From: an uncultured Planctomycetaceae bacterium | GTDB lineage: Bacteria; Planctomycetota; Planctomycetia; Planctomycetales; Planctomycetaceae | Assembly (NCBI GenBank): GCA_963815195.1 | Contig: CAWFGE010000017.1 | Span: 1 to 64,000, forward strand | Length of the DNA stretch: 64,000 bases | Reading direction: 5' to 3' | Shown: in pieces, positions 43,624 through 56,430 of the stretch | Position numbering within the stretch: position 1 is the first letter of the stretch | Layout: every line of letters starts with the position of its first letter | Made by a program: the position numbers and the translations under genes | Notes under the pieces: generated by a model | The model's database searches: none | What the model was told of the DNA's origin: nothing | What the model saw: the letters and a program-made list of their open reading frames with translations, nothing else

Positions 43624-44236
43624 CGCCCTTTCCAGTGATGGTTCGGCATGCAACAACCTCAAGTTTAATTCGCCAACGCACGACTGGCCGAAGAAGCTGC
43701 CTCGCCCTATTTTCCCCCAGGCGCGGCGGCTTCTTCTTTTTTTGGGAGCAGAGGGTTTCCCAAAACCAAAAATGCAAAAGTGACAAAGGCGGCGGGATTT
43801 GCGAAAATGAATAGGAGACAGAAATCTCTTTTGGACGCTTCCAACGAGGCCCTTGGAAGAAACATACATGGCCGCCTGGAACGATGTGCCGGCCCAGTTT
43901 CAAGACGTGCTCGCCGCTCCTTGAGGTTTTATCTCCGGGATGTGCAGAACTTTTCCCGCGGCGCCGGGTTTATTAGGAATTCTTGAACCCATTTCCGATC
44001 GGCATTTGTCCAAAACCTCCGCGCGACGCCCTTGGAAAGCCACTTGGAATTGAGGCTTTCAGGGGATTTAACTCGTTGGCCAACTTTGATATAATGGGTT
44101 TGGCGGATTGAGTTCCCCACCGCGGATCGGACCCTGGCAGAACCCACGCCAGTTCGACCCGCCGACTTCACACCCCAGAAAAACCCTGTTGCCTCAATCG
44201 GCGGCAGCGGATTGAAGACGATCCCAAGGCGGATTT

Positions 44237-46936
44237 ATGTTGATTCCGATCGAATGCTGGTCCTGTGGCTTGCGGTTCCACGTGGATGCGCGGTACGCGG
44301 GGAAGGTGGGCACCTGCCCCCATCCCGATTGCGGCCGGAAGTATCTCGTGCCCAGCCCCGAACCGCACCAGCCTCTTCAGAAATCCGCCCAACCGAAGCG
44401 GCGAAAAAAAACGCCCAAACCGCCCGTGGCCAGGCAACCGCAAGTCCCGCCGCTTCCGCAGGCCGCGCCCGCGCGGAAAACCTACGCCCGTTCGCGTGCT
44501 CAAGTCCGCCGGCGAAGCGCGGCGTGGTGGAAGAAGGGGAACACCTGGATTGCCTTCGGTCTGGTCGTCGCGTGTCTCTTGCTGGGGGTGGTGACGTTCT
44601 TCCAGCAAACACGCCCTGATCAAACCGCGGAATCCAAACCGCCCGCCTTGGCCGCGGAGCAGTTGCAACTCGTCGCCCACAAACCCCACCCGGCAAGCGC
44701 GGACAAGTTTGCCAAACACGTCGGCCCCTTCTTGCAGAAGTATTGCTTCGACTGTCACGCGGGCGGTGCCGAGGAAGGCGGGTTGACGTTGGATGAATTC
44801 GCCAAACCCGAAGCCTTCGCCAAAAACCGCAAGACCGCGGAACTGGTCTTCAAGATGTTGAACGCCGGCGTCATGCCGCCCGAAGAAGGCGCGCAACCGA
44901 AAATGGAAGAACGCCAGGCCGCGGTGGATTGGATCGATGCGAAACTCAACTACGTGGACTGCGATCTGCCGCCCGATCCCGGCCGGGTGACGATCCGCCG
45001 GCTGAACCGGGCCGAGTACAACAACACGATCCGCGATCTCGTGGGCATCGATTTCGAGCCCGCGGCAGACTTCCCGTCCGACGAAGTGGGCAACGGGTTC
45101 GACAACATCGGCGACGTGCTTTCGTTGCCGCCTTTGCTCTTGGAAAAATACCTCGAAGCCGCCGAGACCATCGCCAAGAAATCGATCGTGGCCCATCCCG
45201 ACCGGTACGGCATCCAGCGGTTTGCGGGGAAGGATCTCGAAGGGACAGGTTCCGCCGGCGGTCCGGGCGACGATGGATTTATCACGATGGCCTCCACGGG
45301 ATCAGTAATCGCCAAGGTCCGCATTCCCGCCAAGTCGGAATACGTCGTGCGGACGGAAGCCAGGGCGGATCAGGCGGGCGATGAACCCGCCCGCATGGAG
45401 CTTCGGCTCGACGGCAAGAAGATCGAAGTCTTCGACATCAAAGGCCGACGCAAGCCGGACGCGTATGAAGCCAAATTTCAAATCGACGCGGGCGAGCACA
45501 AACTCGAGGCGGCGTTCATCAACGATTTTTACAACCCCAAAGCCAAGAATCCCAAGGAGCGCGACCGGAACCTCCACGTCCGCAAAATCGAAGTCGTGCC
45601 CACAAACGTCTCGCTCGATCAACTCCCCGAAAGCCATCGGCGGATCGTATTCGTCACGCCCGACAAAAACACCTCCGACAAAACCGCCGCCGAGAGAATC
45701 TTGGACCGGTTTATCACCCAAGCCTTCCGCAGGCCCGCAACCGATGAGGAAGTCGAAAAGTTCAGAGACCTCGCGATGTTCGCCATCTCGCGCGGCGAGA
45801 CGTTCGAAGAGGGCATTCAGATCGCGGTGACGGCGGTGCTTGTCTCGCCGCATTTCCTGTTTCGCGTGGAAGACCATTCGCTGTCCGAGAAGCCCGCCGT
45901 CAAGCCGGTCCGCGATTACGAATTGGCGTCCCGGCTATCGTATTTCCTCTGGAGCAGCATGCCGGATGAAGAACTCTTTCAGCTGGCCGAGAAGAAAAAA
46001 CTGCGTCAACCCGCCATCTTGGAAAAGCAGGTCCGGCGGATGCTCCAGGATCCCAAGTCCAAGGCCCTCGTCGATAACTTCGCCAGCCAATGGCTCAACC
46101 TGCGGAACCTCGAGGAAGTCTCGCCCGATCCGAAAATGTTTCCCAGTTTCAATGATGACCTTCGCCGGGACATGCGGAAGGAAACCGAGGAATTCTTCGC
46201 GGCGATCATGCGGGATGACCTGAGCGTGATGGATTTTTTGGATGCGAATTTTACGTTCGTCAACGAACGTCTCGCGGAACATTACGGCATTGCGGGCGTG
46301 AGGGGCGAGGAATTTCAAAAAGTCTCGCTCTCGGGCATGCCGCGAGCGGGAGTGTTGACGCAAGCGAGCATTCTGACGCTGACGTCCAATCCCACCCGCA
46401 CCTCGCCCGTGAAGCGCGGCAAGTGGATTCTGGAGAACCTCTTGAACGAGCCGCCGCCCCCGCCCCCGCCCAACGTTCCGGAGCTGGAAGAGACCGCGAA
46501 GGAAAAGCCGGGCTTGTCGCTGCGGAAGCAGTTGGAGCTGCATCGCCAATCGCCCAGTTGCGCGGCCTGTCACAAAACCATGGACCCGTTGGGGCTCGGT
46601 TTTGAGAATTTTGACGCCGTCGGCAAATGGCGGGACCGCGACGGCAAACTGCCCGTGGACGCCTCCGGCGAATTGCCCGGCGGGAAAAAATTCCAAGGCC
46701 CCATCGAACTCATCAAACTGTTAAAGCAGAGAAAAATCGATTTCCGCCGCTGCCTGGTCGAAAAAATGCTCACCTACGCCCTGGGTCGGGGTTTGGAGTA
46801 TTATGACCGTTGTGCGGTCGACACGATTACGCAAAACATGGACAAGGACGGGAACCGATTCTCAAGAATGGTGCTGGAGATCGTTCAAAGCCAACCGTTC
46901 CTCTACCTTTGCGCCGAAACCAAGACGGGGAGATAG
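44237..46936 (+). CDS. DUF1592/DUF1588-type planctomycete cytochrome c-like protein with N-terminal Zn ribbon and TM
   Basis: CFDCH and CAACH heme motifs, RRLNRAEY.NTIRDL, ELASRLSYFLWSSMPD, TSPVKRGKW, YALGR. Confidence 0.9.
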   Translation: MLIPIECWSCGLRFHVDARYAGKVGTCPHPDCGRKYLVPSPEPHQPLQKSAQPKRRKKTPKPPVARQPQVPPLPQAAPARKTYARSRAQVRRRSAAWWKKGNTWIAFGLVVACLLLGVVTFFQQTRPDQTAESKPPALAAEQLQLVAHKPHPASADKFAKHVGPFLQKYCFDCHAGGAEEGGLTLDEFAKPEAFAKNRKTAELVFKMLNAGVMPPEEGAQPKMEERQAAVDWIDAKLNYVDCDLPPDPGRVTIRRLNRAEYNNTIRDLVGIDFEPAADFPSDEVGNGFDNIGDVLSLPPLLLEKYLEAAETIAKKSIVAHPDRYGIQRFAGKDLEGTGSAGGPGDDGFITMASTGSVIAKVRIPAKSEYVVRTEARADQAGDEPARMELRLDGKKIEVFDIKGRRKPDAYEAKFQIDAGEHKLEAAFINDFYNPKAKNPKERDRNLHVRKIEVVPTNVSLDQLPESHRRIVFVTPDKNTSDKTAAERILDRFITQAFRRPATDEEVEKFRDLAMFAISRGETFEEGIQIAVTAVLVSPHFLFRVEDHSLSEKPAVKPVRDYELASRLSYFLWSSMPDEELFQLAEKKKLRQPAILEKQVRRMLQDPKSKALVDNFASQWLNLRNLEEVSPDPKMFPSFNDDLRRDMRKETEEFFAAIMRDDLSVMDFLDANFTFVNERLAEHYGIAGVRGEEFQKVSLSGMPRAGVLTQASILTLTSNPTRTSPVKRGKWILENLLNEPPPPPPPNVPELEETAKEKPGLSLRKQLELHRQSPSCAACHKTMDPLGLGFENFDAVGKWRDRDGKLPVDASGELPGGKKFQGPIELIKLLKQRKIDFRRCLVEKMLTYALGRGLEYYDRCAVDTITQNMDKDGNRFSRMVLEIVQSQPFLYLCAETKTGR

Positions 46937-46979
46937 GGAGACGGGGAGAAATCAAAAAACAACTGACGAATGAACGGCA

Positions 46980-47140
46980 TTTAACGCAAAGGCGCAAAGG
47001 GAAGACGCAAAGCGGCGCAAAGAACAAAAATTCAAAATCTGAAACAAGGCGATTGTGAGTCCAAAAGCCGTTCCCGCTTTTTTCTTTTTGTCTTTTCTTT
47101 GCGGCCCTTTGCGTCTTTACTTTGCAGTCTTTGCGTTGAA
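46980..47140. repeat. Family B TTAA-terminated palindromic repeat
   Basis: TTTAACGCAAAGGCGCAAAG...CTTTGCAGTCTTTGCGTTGAA. Confidence 0.8.
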
Positions 47141-47181
47141 TAAAACTAAAAACTGAAAAACCAACCAGAAGGGAGCCTGCT

Positions 47182-48527
47182 ATGAGTCGCACACATCTAT
47201 CCCGCCGCACGATCTTGAAAGGTCTGGGGACCACGATGGCGTTGCCTTTGCTCGAGGCGATGCTGCCCGGCCAAGGCTTGATGTCCTCGGCGAGCGCGGC
47301 GGAATCGGCCGGGCGCCGGTGCGGACGGCCTTTGTCTTCTTTCCCAACGGGGCGATCATGGACGCCTGGAAATGCGAAGGCGAAGGGAAAGATTTTAAGC
47401 TCTCGAAAACGCTCGAACCGCTCGCCGAGTTCAAGAACGACATCACCGTGTTCAGCGGCCTCACGCAGAACCACGGCCGGGCCAACGGCGACGGCGGCGG
47501 CGACCATGCCCGGAACGCCGGCGTGTTTTTGACCGGCTGCCAGCCGCGAAAGACCTCCGGTGCGAACATCGAAGTCGGCCAGTCCGTGGATCAGGCCATC
47601 GCTTCGGCCGCCGGCAGCCAGACGAAATTGCCTTCCCTGGAAGTGGGCGTCGATCGCAGCCGAAACGCCGGCAGCTGCGATTCGGGCTACAGCTGCGCCT
47701 ATTCCTCCAACATTTCCTGGAAAACCCCCAACGCGCCGATGGCCAAGGAAATCAACCCCCGGCTCGCCTTCGAGCGGCTGTTCGGCACCGGCGAAGATTT
47801 CAAATCCCGTGCCAAACGCGACCTCTATCGCCAGAGCATTCTCGATCTGGTCTCCGAAGATGCCGCCAAGCTCAAAAATCGGCTCGGCCAGACCGACCGC
47901 CGGAAGATCGATGAATATTTTTCGAGCGTCCGCGAACTCGAGCTTCGGCTGCAAAAGTCCGCCGTCACTCCTGCGGAAGTGCCCGAATACGACCTGCCGG
48001 AAGGCATTCCCAAGGAAACGCAAGAGCACATCCGCCTGATGTACGACGTCATGGCGCTCGCGTTCCAGACCAACACCACCCGGGTCGCGACCTTCATGCT
48101 CGCCAACGCAGGCAGCAACCGCACCTATCCGAATGTCGGCGTCACCGACGGGCATCATAACCTGTCCCACCATCGGCTCGACAAAGAGAAAATGGAAAAG
48201 ATCACCAAGATCGACAAGTTCCTCGCCGGCGAGTTTGCGTACTTTTTGGGCAAGCTCAAATCCATTAAGGAAGGCAGCGGAAACCTGCTCGACAACAGCA
48301 TGATCCTCTACGGCAGCGCAATCTCCGACGGCAACCGCCATCAGCACCACGACCTGCCGATCCTCCTCGCCGGCCGCGGCGGAGGCAGCATCCAAGCCGG
48401 CCGCCATCTGGCCTATCCCAACGAAACCCCGCTCAACAACCTGTTCCTCGCGATGATGCACCGCATGGGGGCGGACCTCAAAGAATTCGGCGACAGCAAA
48501 GGCCCGCTCAAACACCTGGAAGGCTAA
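47182..48527 (+). CDS. DUF1552 (HxxSHH) family protein, frameshift near 47313
   Basis: SRRTILKG..LPLLEAM, PNG, CDSGYSCAY, HHNLSHH, DGNRH. Confidence 0.9.
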
Positions 48528-48556
48528 ATCATTGCGCGATTTTGCGCGATCGGATT

Positions 48557-48794
48557 TAGGGCCGAAGGCCCGGCTTTATGTCAGCCCAGGGCGAAGCCCT
48601 GGGAAACCGCAACGAACAAAATGCAAAAGCCCCAACGGGGCGCTCCTAAACCGGAGATACGCTGGTGGCCACGTGGGATTATACGTGTGACGGATAGGGC
48701 CACCCCGTTGGGGCTTGCGTTTGATTCATCATCAATAACCCAGGGCGGCGCTGCGCTTGCCCTGGGCTGACATAGAGCCGGGCCTTCGGCCCTA
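48557..48794. repeat. REPIN-like multi-hairpin element, family C copy 1
   Basis: TAGGGCCGAAGGCCCGGCT..CAGCCCAGGG / CCCTGGGCTGACAT..GGGCCTTCGGCCCTA; second copy at 50405. Confidence 0.85.
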
Positions 48795-48889
48795 TTTCCG
48801 CGAAAAATGCGGCGCCGGCATGGGTGCAAGCGGCGAACGAATTGTGTTACATTGGTTTATCATTTTCTCTAACAACGTGTCGGAAAATC

Positions 48890-48970
48890 TGAGCGGTAGG
48901 CGCTAGCCTCCGGTTTCGATCAAAGGATCGTCATAAAATCAAAACCGGCGGCTAGCGCCTCGCCGCTCAC
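48890..48970. repeat. Palindromic repeat, family D
   Basis: TGAGCGG..GCGCTAGCC.CCGG / CCGG.GGCTAGCGC..CCGCTCA; related copies at 29901, 30801, 56196, 58223 and 60912. Confidence 0.8.
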
Positions 48971-49003
48971 GCTCATTCGCCTCCGTTCAAAAAGGTTCTG
49001 CCC

Positions 49004-50372
<1,369 letters not shown>

Positions 50373-50404
50373 CCGTCTGACCGAGTTGTCCCAAATTACG
50401 GAAA

Positions 50405-50611
50405 TAGGACCGAAGGTCCGGCTCTATGTCAGCCCAGGGGCATCGCCCTGGGGAAACGGGAATGAACAAAGTGCAAAAGCCCCAGCGGGGCGGTCCTAAA
50501 CCGTATGCCAAATAGGGCCGCCCCGTTGGGGCTTGCGTTTCATACATCACGCGCAACCCAGGGCGGCGCTGCGCTTGCCCTGGGCTGACATAAAGCCGGA
50601 CCCTCGGTCCT
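50405..50611. repeat. REPIN-like multi-hairpin element, family C copy 2
   Basis: TAGGACCGAAGGTCCGGCT..CAGCCCAGGG / CCCTGGGCTGACAT..GGACCCTCGGTCC. Confidence 0.85.
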
Positions 50612-50649
50612 TTTCACCCGTCTCCGTCGTCTTCTCCGTATCTCGGTGG

Positions 50650-51697
50650 TTACCCCTTTTTTTGTTGTTCGCTTTGATCCGGCTCTTTTTTCTTTGGCTG
50701 TTGTTTCTTGTCTTCCTTCGGGATCGGCTCTGGGTCGCCTTCCGCGCGGAAGCGGCCGGTCTTCAGGAACTCGCGAGTGTAGGTGATCGTGTCGGCGTTG
50801 TTCATGAGGAAGGAATGCAGGCACTCGACGGTCGCGAAGTCACAGGCTCCGGGCAGGCGGGTGCTTTCCACGCTGACGGTGCCGTCGTCGTCGCCGGGGA
50901 CGAGCGGGTTGTAGCCGGTGTCCTTGCCGCGGGCGCCGGCAATCACGCCGAAGTCAAACTCCGGCGTGGGCAGCGAATCGATGTAGCCCCCGTTGATGCC
51001 CAACTGCCCCCCGGCCGGGCCGAAGATCATCTTGAACAGGAGGATGTTCTTAAAGATGTCGGCCATGTTCGCCCCGCGGTTGGGGACGCCGAGCATGACC
51101 ATCCGCTCGATGCGGTCGTCGTTGTGCTTCTCTAAATAACAGCGCACCAACAGCCCGCCCATGCTGTGGACGACGAAGGAAATCTTCTCGACGCCTTCGA
51201 GCGATTCGATCAGCTGGTTCAAGTATTCTGCCGACTGCGAAATCTCCACCTGCGTGCTGGGGTAATCGAAGCCGATGACGGTGTAGCCGTCTTTTTTAAG
51301 GGCCTCGGCCAGTTTGCTGAAGGACTTGGACGAGCGCACGATGCCGTGAATCAAAATCACCGCGTGCCCGGACATCCTCGGCAGCTTTTTCTCCTTCTTG
51401 ATTTCCTCCAGCTTCTTCTGGCAGCCTTCGAGCGTGCCCGAAGCGTGGCGGTGGTTTTGGGGATCGAGCAGGCGGTATTGCTTGAAGAACACGTTGTGCT
51501 GAAATTCGCCAGCCGTGAAAGTAGGCCACGTCCCCCCAAAACTGCATCCCGCCCAAAGTTTTCATCGCGAAATCCTGCTTGAGTTCCAACTTGGGAAGCC
51601 AGTCAAAATCCTCAGCCGCCGCGGGCGAAATCGCCACTCCCCCAAAAAGCACGAAGAGCCAGAGTTTCCAGGATGCCGCTTTGAAAAACTTCCACAT
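50650..51697 (-). CDS. Secreted alpha/beta hydrolase (lipase-like), frameshift near 51500
   Basis: TLGGMQFW in the upstream frame; LIHG, VHSMGG, LGVPN.G, DDGTV and CLH downstream. Confidence 0.85.
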
Positions 51698-51835
51698 CAC
51701 GCTACCTCCGTATGCGTGTTTGGGAGACATTAAGAAAAAACCGCACCCATCTTACCTCAATCGAGGCGGGAAGGATGCGGGAATATCACGCGGTTTTTCC
51801 ATTTTCGGCGATCGGAATCGGATCGCCCCGTCTCC

Positions 51836-54302
51836 CTATCTCCCCGTCTCCCTATCTCCGCGCGGAGCGGGCTTCTCCGCTTCCGCCGGGACAGGCCGGG
51901 CGACGGGCTTCAACGTCTTCACGGTCACCAGGCCCTCGGCGGGCGGGGTTTGGTCCAACAATCGGGCCGCTTCTTGGAGCACGAAATCCGGATTCATGAA
52001 CGGCTCGTAGCTGATGTCGTGCCAACGAACCCGGCCCTCGGCGTCGATCAAATACGTCCCGTGCAGCGGCTGGTTCTCGAAATCATCGAACGCCCGGTAC
52101 GCCTTGAACACCTTGTATTCCGGGTCGGCCACCAGCGGGAACGCGTACGTGTGCTCTTTGTTGTAATTCTTGAGGGCGATCTCCAAAGCCTCTCGGCTTT
52201 CGGTGCTGATGGCGATCAACGACAGGCCCTGTTTCTCAAATTCCTCGGCCTTGGGGGCGAAGGCTTTGAGCTGCTCGACGCAGTGCAGACAGCCGAAGCC
52301 CAGATAGAAAATCACCACCACCGGCTTGCCGCGATAATCGGCGAGGGAGTGCATCTTCCCGTCCTTGTCCTGCAGCGTCCAGGGTTCGGCTTCCGAGGGA
52401 TGCCAGCGGAACGGCCCCAACGTGTCGAGGTCGGGGCGATTGCCGACATCGCCGACTTTCGCGAGCGGCTGCCGCCAGTCCGCGGGCAGGCCCAGTTCTT
52501 TCGCCAAGGGCGCGAGCCGGGCAAAGATCGGTGTGTCGAGATCGATCGGCCCCGAGAATTTTCGCAGCTCGTCAAATGTGGCTTTGGCCGCGTCCGTCTG
52601 GCCGGCTTTCCATTGGATATAAGCCGCCTGCGCCCGCGGGATGGTTTCGTTTTTGTGCCGGGGCAAGTTCGTGCTCGCCAAACGCGCAGGCTTCTTCTTC
52701 ATCGCCGGCCCAGAGTTTCACGAGCGCCAGAAACAGCGGGTCCTGATCGCCCGCCTTCCGCAAGAGATCGTAGGCTTCCTGATGATTCCCCGCCGCGAGG
52801 GCTTCCTGTCCCTGGAACTCTTCGAGGGCTTTGTCGAGCGAGCGAAGCGAAGTCGCAAACGGCCGGGCCGCGGTGTCATGGGCTCTTTTGATGTCCTTGA
52901 CCGATTGCCGAACGATGTTGCGGTTGTAATCTTCGTCGGATTGCTCCGGTTCTTGTTTGATGCGTTTCTTGGCGTCGGCGAGGACTTTTTCTTCCGCCTT
53001 GATCTGGGCGGCCTTTTGCTGCTTTTCCACCTCGGCCTTGCGGCCGGCGACTTGCGTCACGACTTGCCGGGCGGCTTCGAGGTCGCCGCTGCGGAAGTAC
53101 GCCCGGCCGAGATACCGCAGGCGTTTGATCTGCTCGGCTTCCACGCCGGTCGGTTCCAGGTACGGCGAATTGCAGAGGCGGATCATCTCCGGCCACATTT
53201 CGTTTTGATTGAGAGCCGCAAAGAGCCGCAGCCGGCCGTAAGAGGCGCTGCTGCCGCGCCGGCTCACGGTGTTGTACCGCGGGTGCCGGGGCAGTTCGGT
53301 CATGTTCTTGGCGAGATCGACCGCATCGCGGACCCGGCCGGTGTAAAGCAGGTTGCGGATCAGCCATTCGTTGTTGTGGGCGAAGTTGTGGATCTGATCG
53401 GGCAGCACGCGGTCGCGGATCATCTGGGCATGGTCCACGCGGGCGGAGGCTTCCTGCTGCCAGACGGCGTCGTTATAGCGTTTGAGCCGGGAATAAATAT
53501 GCCCCGGCATATGCCACATGTGGGCGATGGAGGGAGCCGACTGCCCGCACAGCGACGCCGACTTGAGCGCCAACTCCGGCTTCTTCAAATCCCAGAGATG
53601 GATCACGTAATGATGCACCGGGTGCATCGGGTTTTTGGCGAGGATTTCGTGAAGGAGCGCATCGGTGCCCAGGTAGCTTTGAATCGGCTGCACCGAGCGG
53701 TTGAGCCAAATCTGCAAGCACAAAAACGCCTTGGCTTCCAAATCGTCCGGAGAGTCGAGGGCGATTTTTTCAAGCGCGAGGAGATAGGCTTCCTTCCGCT
53801 GCTTGTCTTTGTTGGCGGGCGTGGTGAGGTAGGCACTCAAGGCGTCGATGTATTGCTGCTCGCGATCGCTGGCTTTCGATTTCCGCTGGACGGCTTCTTT
53901 GATGAAGTCTTGGGCCCGCTTGGAATTGTTCGTGTTGGCCATCGCCATGCCCCAATAGGCAATGGCGCAGTCGGGATCGATCGCCGCCGCCTGCCGGAAC
54001 GAGCGCTCGGCTTCAAAGTACCAAAACCCGTGCAGTTGCCCCACGCCTTGGTTGATGAACTTCTGGGCGAGTTCGCTTTTGGTGGTCGCGGGGAAGGTCA
54101 CATTCCCGGTGCCTTCCATCAGGTAGGCTTTTTGGCGGGGGCCTTCGTTGAAGGCTTCGCCGTGGAAGGAATGCCCCGCCTCGGGCCCGGCGTCTTTCTC
54201 GGCGGATTCCTGCCCGCACGTTAAACCCGATCCGACCGTCAAAAGTCCGAAAACACAACACAGGTTGACGATGATGGCGTTCGTTCGGTTGGGGCGAATC
54301 AT
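51836..54302 (-). CDS. Secreted TPR-like helical protein fused to an AhpC/TSA redoxin domain, frameshift near 52705
   Basis: GHSFHGEAFNEGPRQ, HHYVIH, HMPGHIY; C-terminal FYLGFGCLHCVEQL...LHGTYLID. Confidence 0.82.
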
Positions 54303-54664
54303 ACGAGGGCGTCCTTGTGAGGCGGGAAGAACGGAGGGAAACACAGGCCGGGACCTAACGGGCAATTCCACACTCTATTCTGACGCCTGGACGCCGGAAT
54401 TCCAACGGACCGCCGCCCAAACGCGGCAAATCCGCCAAAGAACCGCCGAAATCGAAGGTGTGGGCAAAGTGCGCGGGAAGCGTGTTGCTTCGTGGGGGCG
54501 GCTCCAATGCGCCTCGGCTAACTCAACGACTTATCTCCTTTCGGGCGTTTCTCATTTGATGCACAAATCGTAAAAATAACCAAGCGACGAACTGACTGTA
54601 GATGAACAAAAAAAACCTGGCTCGACAAGAAAATCAGCCCAACCAAGACGCAAAGGTCTCTCTG

Positions 54665-56067
54665 TCACATGCGCCAGCTTTGCCGGTATTTCCACCAAAC
54701 CAGAATCCACGCCGGCACGATGAACAGGACGAGAACGGCCAGAAACCCCGCGGTGGTGCCGAGCATCGCGGACTCGCGTTGGGCCCCCCACCACACGGCG
54801 GCGATCAGCGCGAGATTGGAAATGACGACCAGCCACACATAGGGCTCCCGCTTGTGTGCGCGGGCGTACAAATTGAGCGACAGCGGAACGTGGTTCAAAA
54901 TCACGCAGAGAATGAGGAGTGCCAAAGGCCCCAGCGGGAGCAGGCGATCCGCCAGCGGAAGTTCCCACCAGTTCAACACCGCAACCACGCCGAAGGCGGA
55001 GAGGCCCCCCAAGGCGAGCAGGCCCAGCGACACGCGAAAGACGCGGCCGAACATGCGGTCCAAGGCCGCGTAATCCCCTTGGGAAATGAACATCCCAAAC
55101 TTGGGAGCCCGCGTGTAAACCCAGGCGAGCGCGCCCCACTGCAGGGATTTGAGGGCCGACCAGGTCATGCCCATTCGACCGGCGACGGATTCGCCTTGAT
55201 ACTCGAACAACAGCAGTGTCAAGGACGACATCGCCAGGGCCGTGGTCCCGGTTTGTAGGGCCAATCGCCATTGGAGCGGCAGAATCTCCTCCCGCCAGGA
55301 AACGGCCGGTCCCTCCGGCTTTTCAAAAAACGCGCGGAAAAACCGGCGGTACGGTCCCAGGAGCGGATAAAGGTCGCCCGCGAGCTTCGTGCCGGCAATG
55401 GCGGCCGTCGTCCAGAGCCCGGCTCCCAGCGGAATGCACATCCACACAAATACATTTCCAAGAATGCTTTGCAGCACGCGGAAGCGGTTCGTGGCGATCA
55501 CCTGATTGCAGCCGTCCAACAGGGCGTAGATTGGCATCAGCCACAGCGAAAGCACGGTCGAAGCCGTGACGACAATCCAAGGCCCCAGCCACGAAACCTT
55601 TGCCGCGGGATCGTTCGAGGCCATCCAAAACCCGCCGCCGACGCCGATCGCGAGCAGATACAAAATCGCAACGCCCAGATACCACTTCGCGAAAAACCGG
55701 CCCAGGCTCACGAGCCGGGATCTCGCGTGGGGATCGCCCGTGATCGAGCCGTCCTCCGCCTGCTCCAGCCGGCTCCATTCGTGGCTGGCGACGTTGATAA
55801 TGATCTGGTTGAGGCTCATCTCCACCAGGGATTGCAGCGAAAGCATTTCCGCGAAGACGTAAAACCAGCCTTGGACTTCCGGCGGGAAAAACAGGCTGAT
55901 GAGCACCAGCGTGATCGGCCCGGCGACGACCTGCCAGGCGCGGGTCAACAGCGCATAAAACGTCGCCCGGTCGATTTCCAACCGATTGATGAATCGGCGG
56001 GGCCAACTTCTGGCCCGCGGATTGGGGGCGGGGCGGCGGATTCCTCAAACCTTGGCAATAGAGTCAT
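54665..56067 (-). CDS. Polysaccharide-flippase-like multi-TM membrane protein (N-terminal frameshift near 56010)
   Basis: About 12 hydrophobic helices, PEVQG.FY.F, SWREEILPLQWR, AGRMGMT, RAHKREP; start uncertain. Confidence 0.7.
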
Positions 56068-56068
56068 G

Positions 56069-56334
56069 AGCCCGAAGCGCATGCGAGGGAATTGATTTGA
56101 AATCCCTCGCTTGCGCTTTGGGCTAATTGAGACAGAAATCCCTCGCTTGCGCTTTTTGAAGATGCGCATTCTCTAAATCGCGAGCGATCGTGCATTGTGA
56201 GCGGTTCGGCGCTAGCCGCCGGCCTTGTCATATCCAAATTTCCGTTGAAAAGGCCGGGGGCTAGCGCCCTTCCGCTCACATTTTGCGGTTTCGTGCAACT
56301 TCAAAACTGGCGCTTCGGGCTAATTGAGACAGAG
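56069..56334. repeat. Composite repeat cluster: family E arms with a nested family D element
   Basis: AGCCCGAAGCGCATGCGAGGGA / TCCCTCGCTTGCGCTTTGGGCT, repeated GGGCTAATTGAGACAGA; family D element at 56196-56280. Confidence 0.75.
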
Positions 56335-56430
56335 TTTTTTGCGATGAATTGGCAAAAATGCCGGGTTAGCGCTCGATTTCGAACCGCTCATCGACCTTCG
56401 GTCCACATTCTCCCCCAACGACTCCGCGGT

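Noticed and set aside
43624..44236. Long intergenic region as an ncRNA or riboswitch
   Set aside because: No recognisable conserved motif by eye; would need an Infernal/Rfam scan
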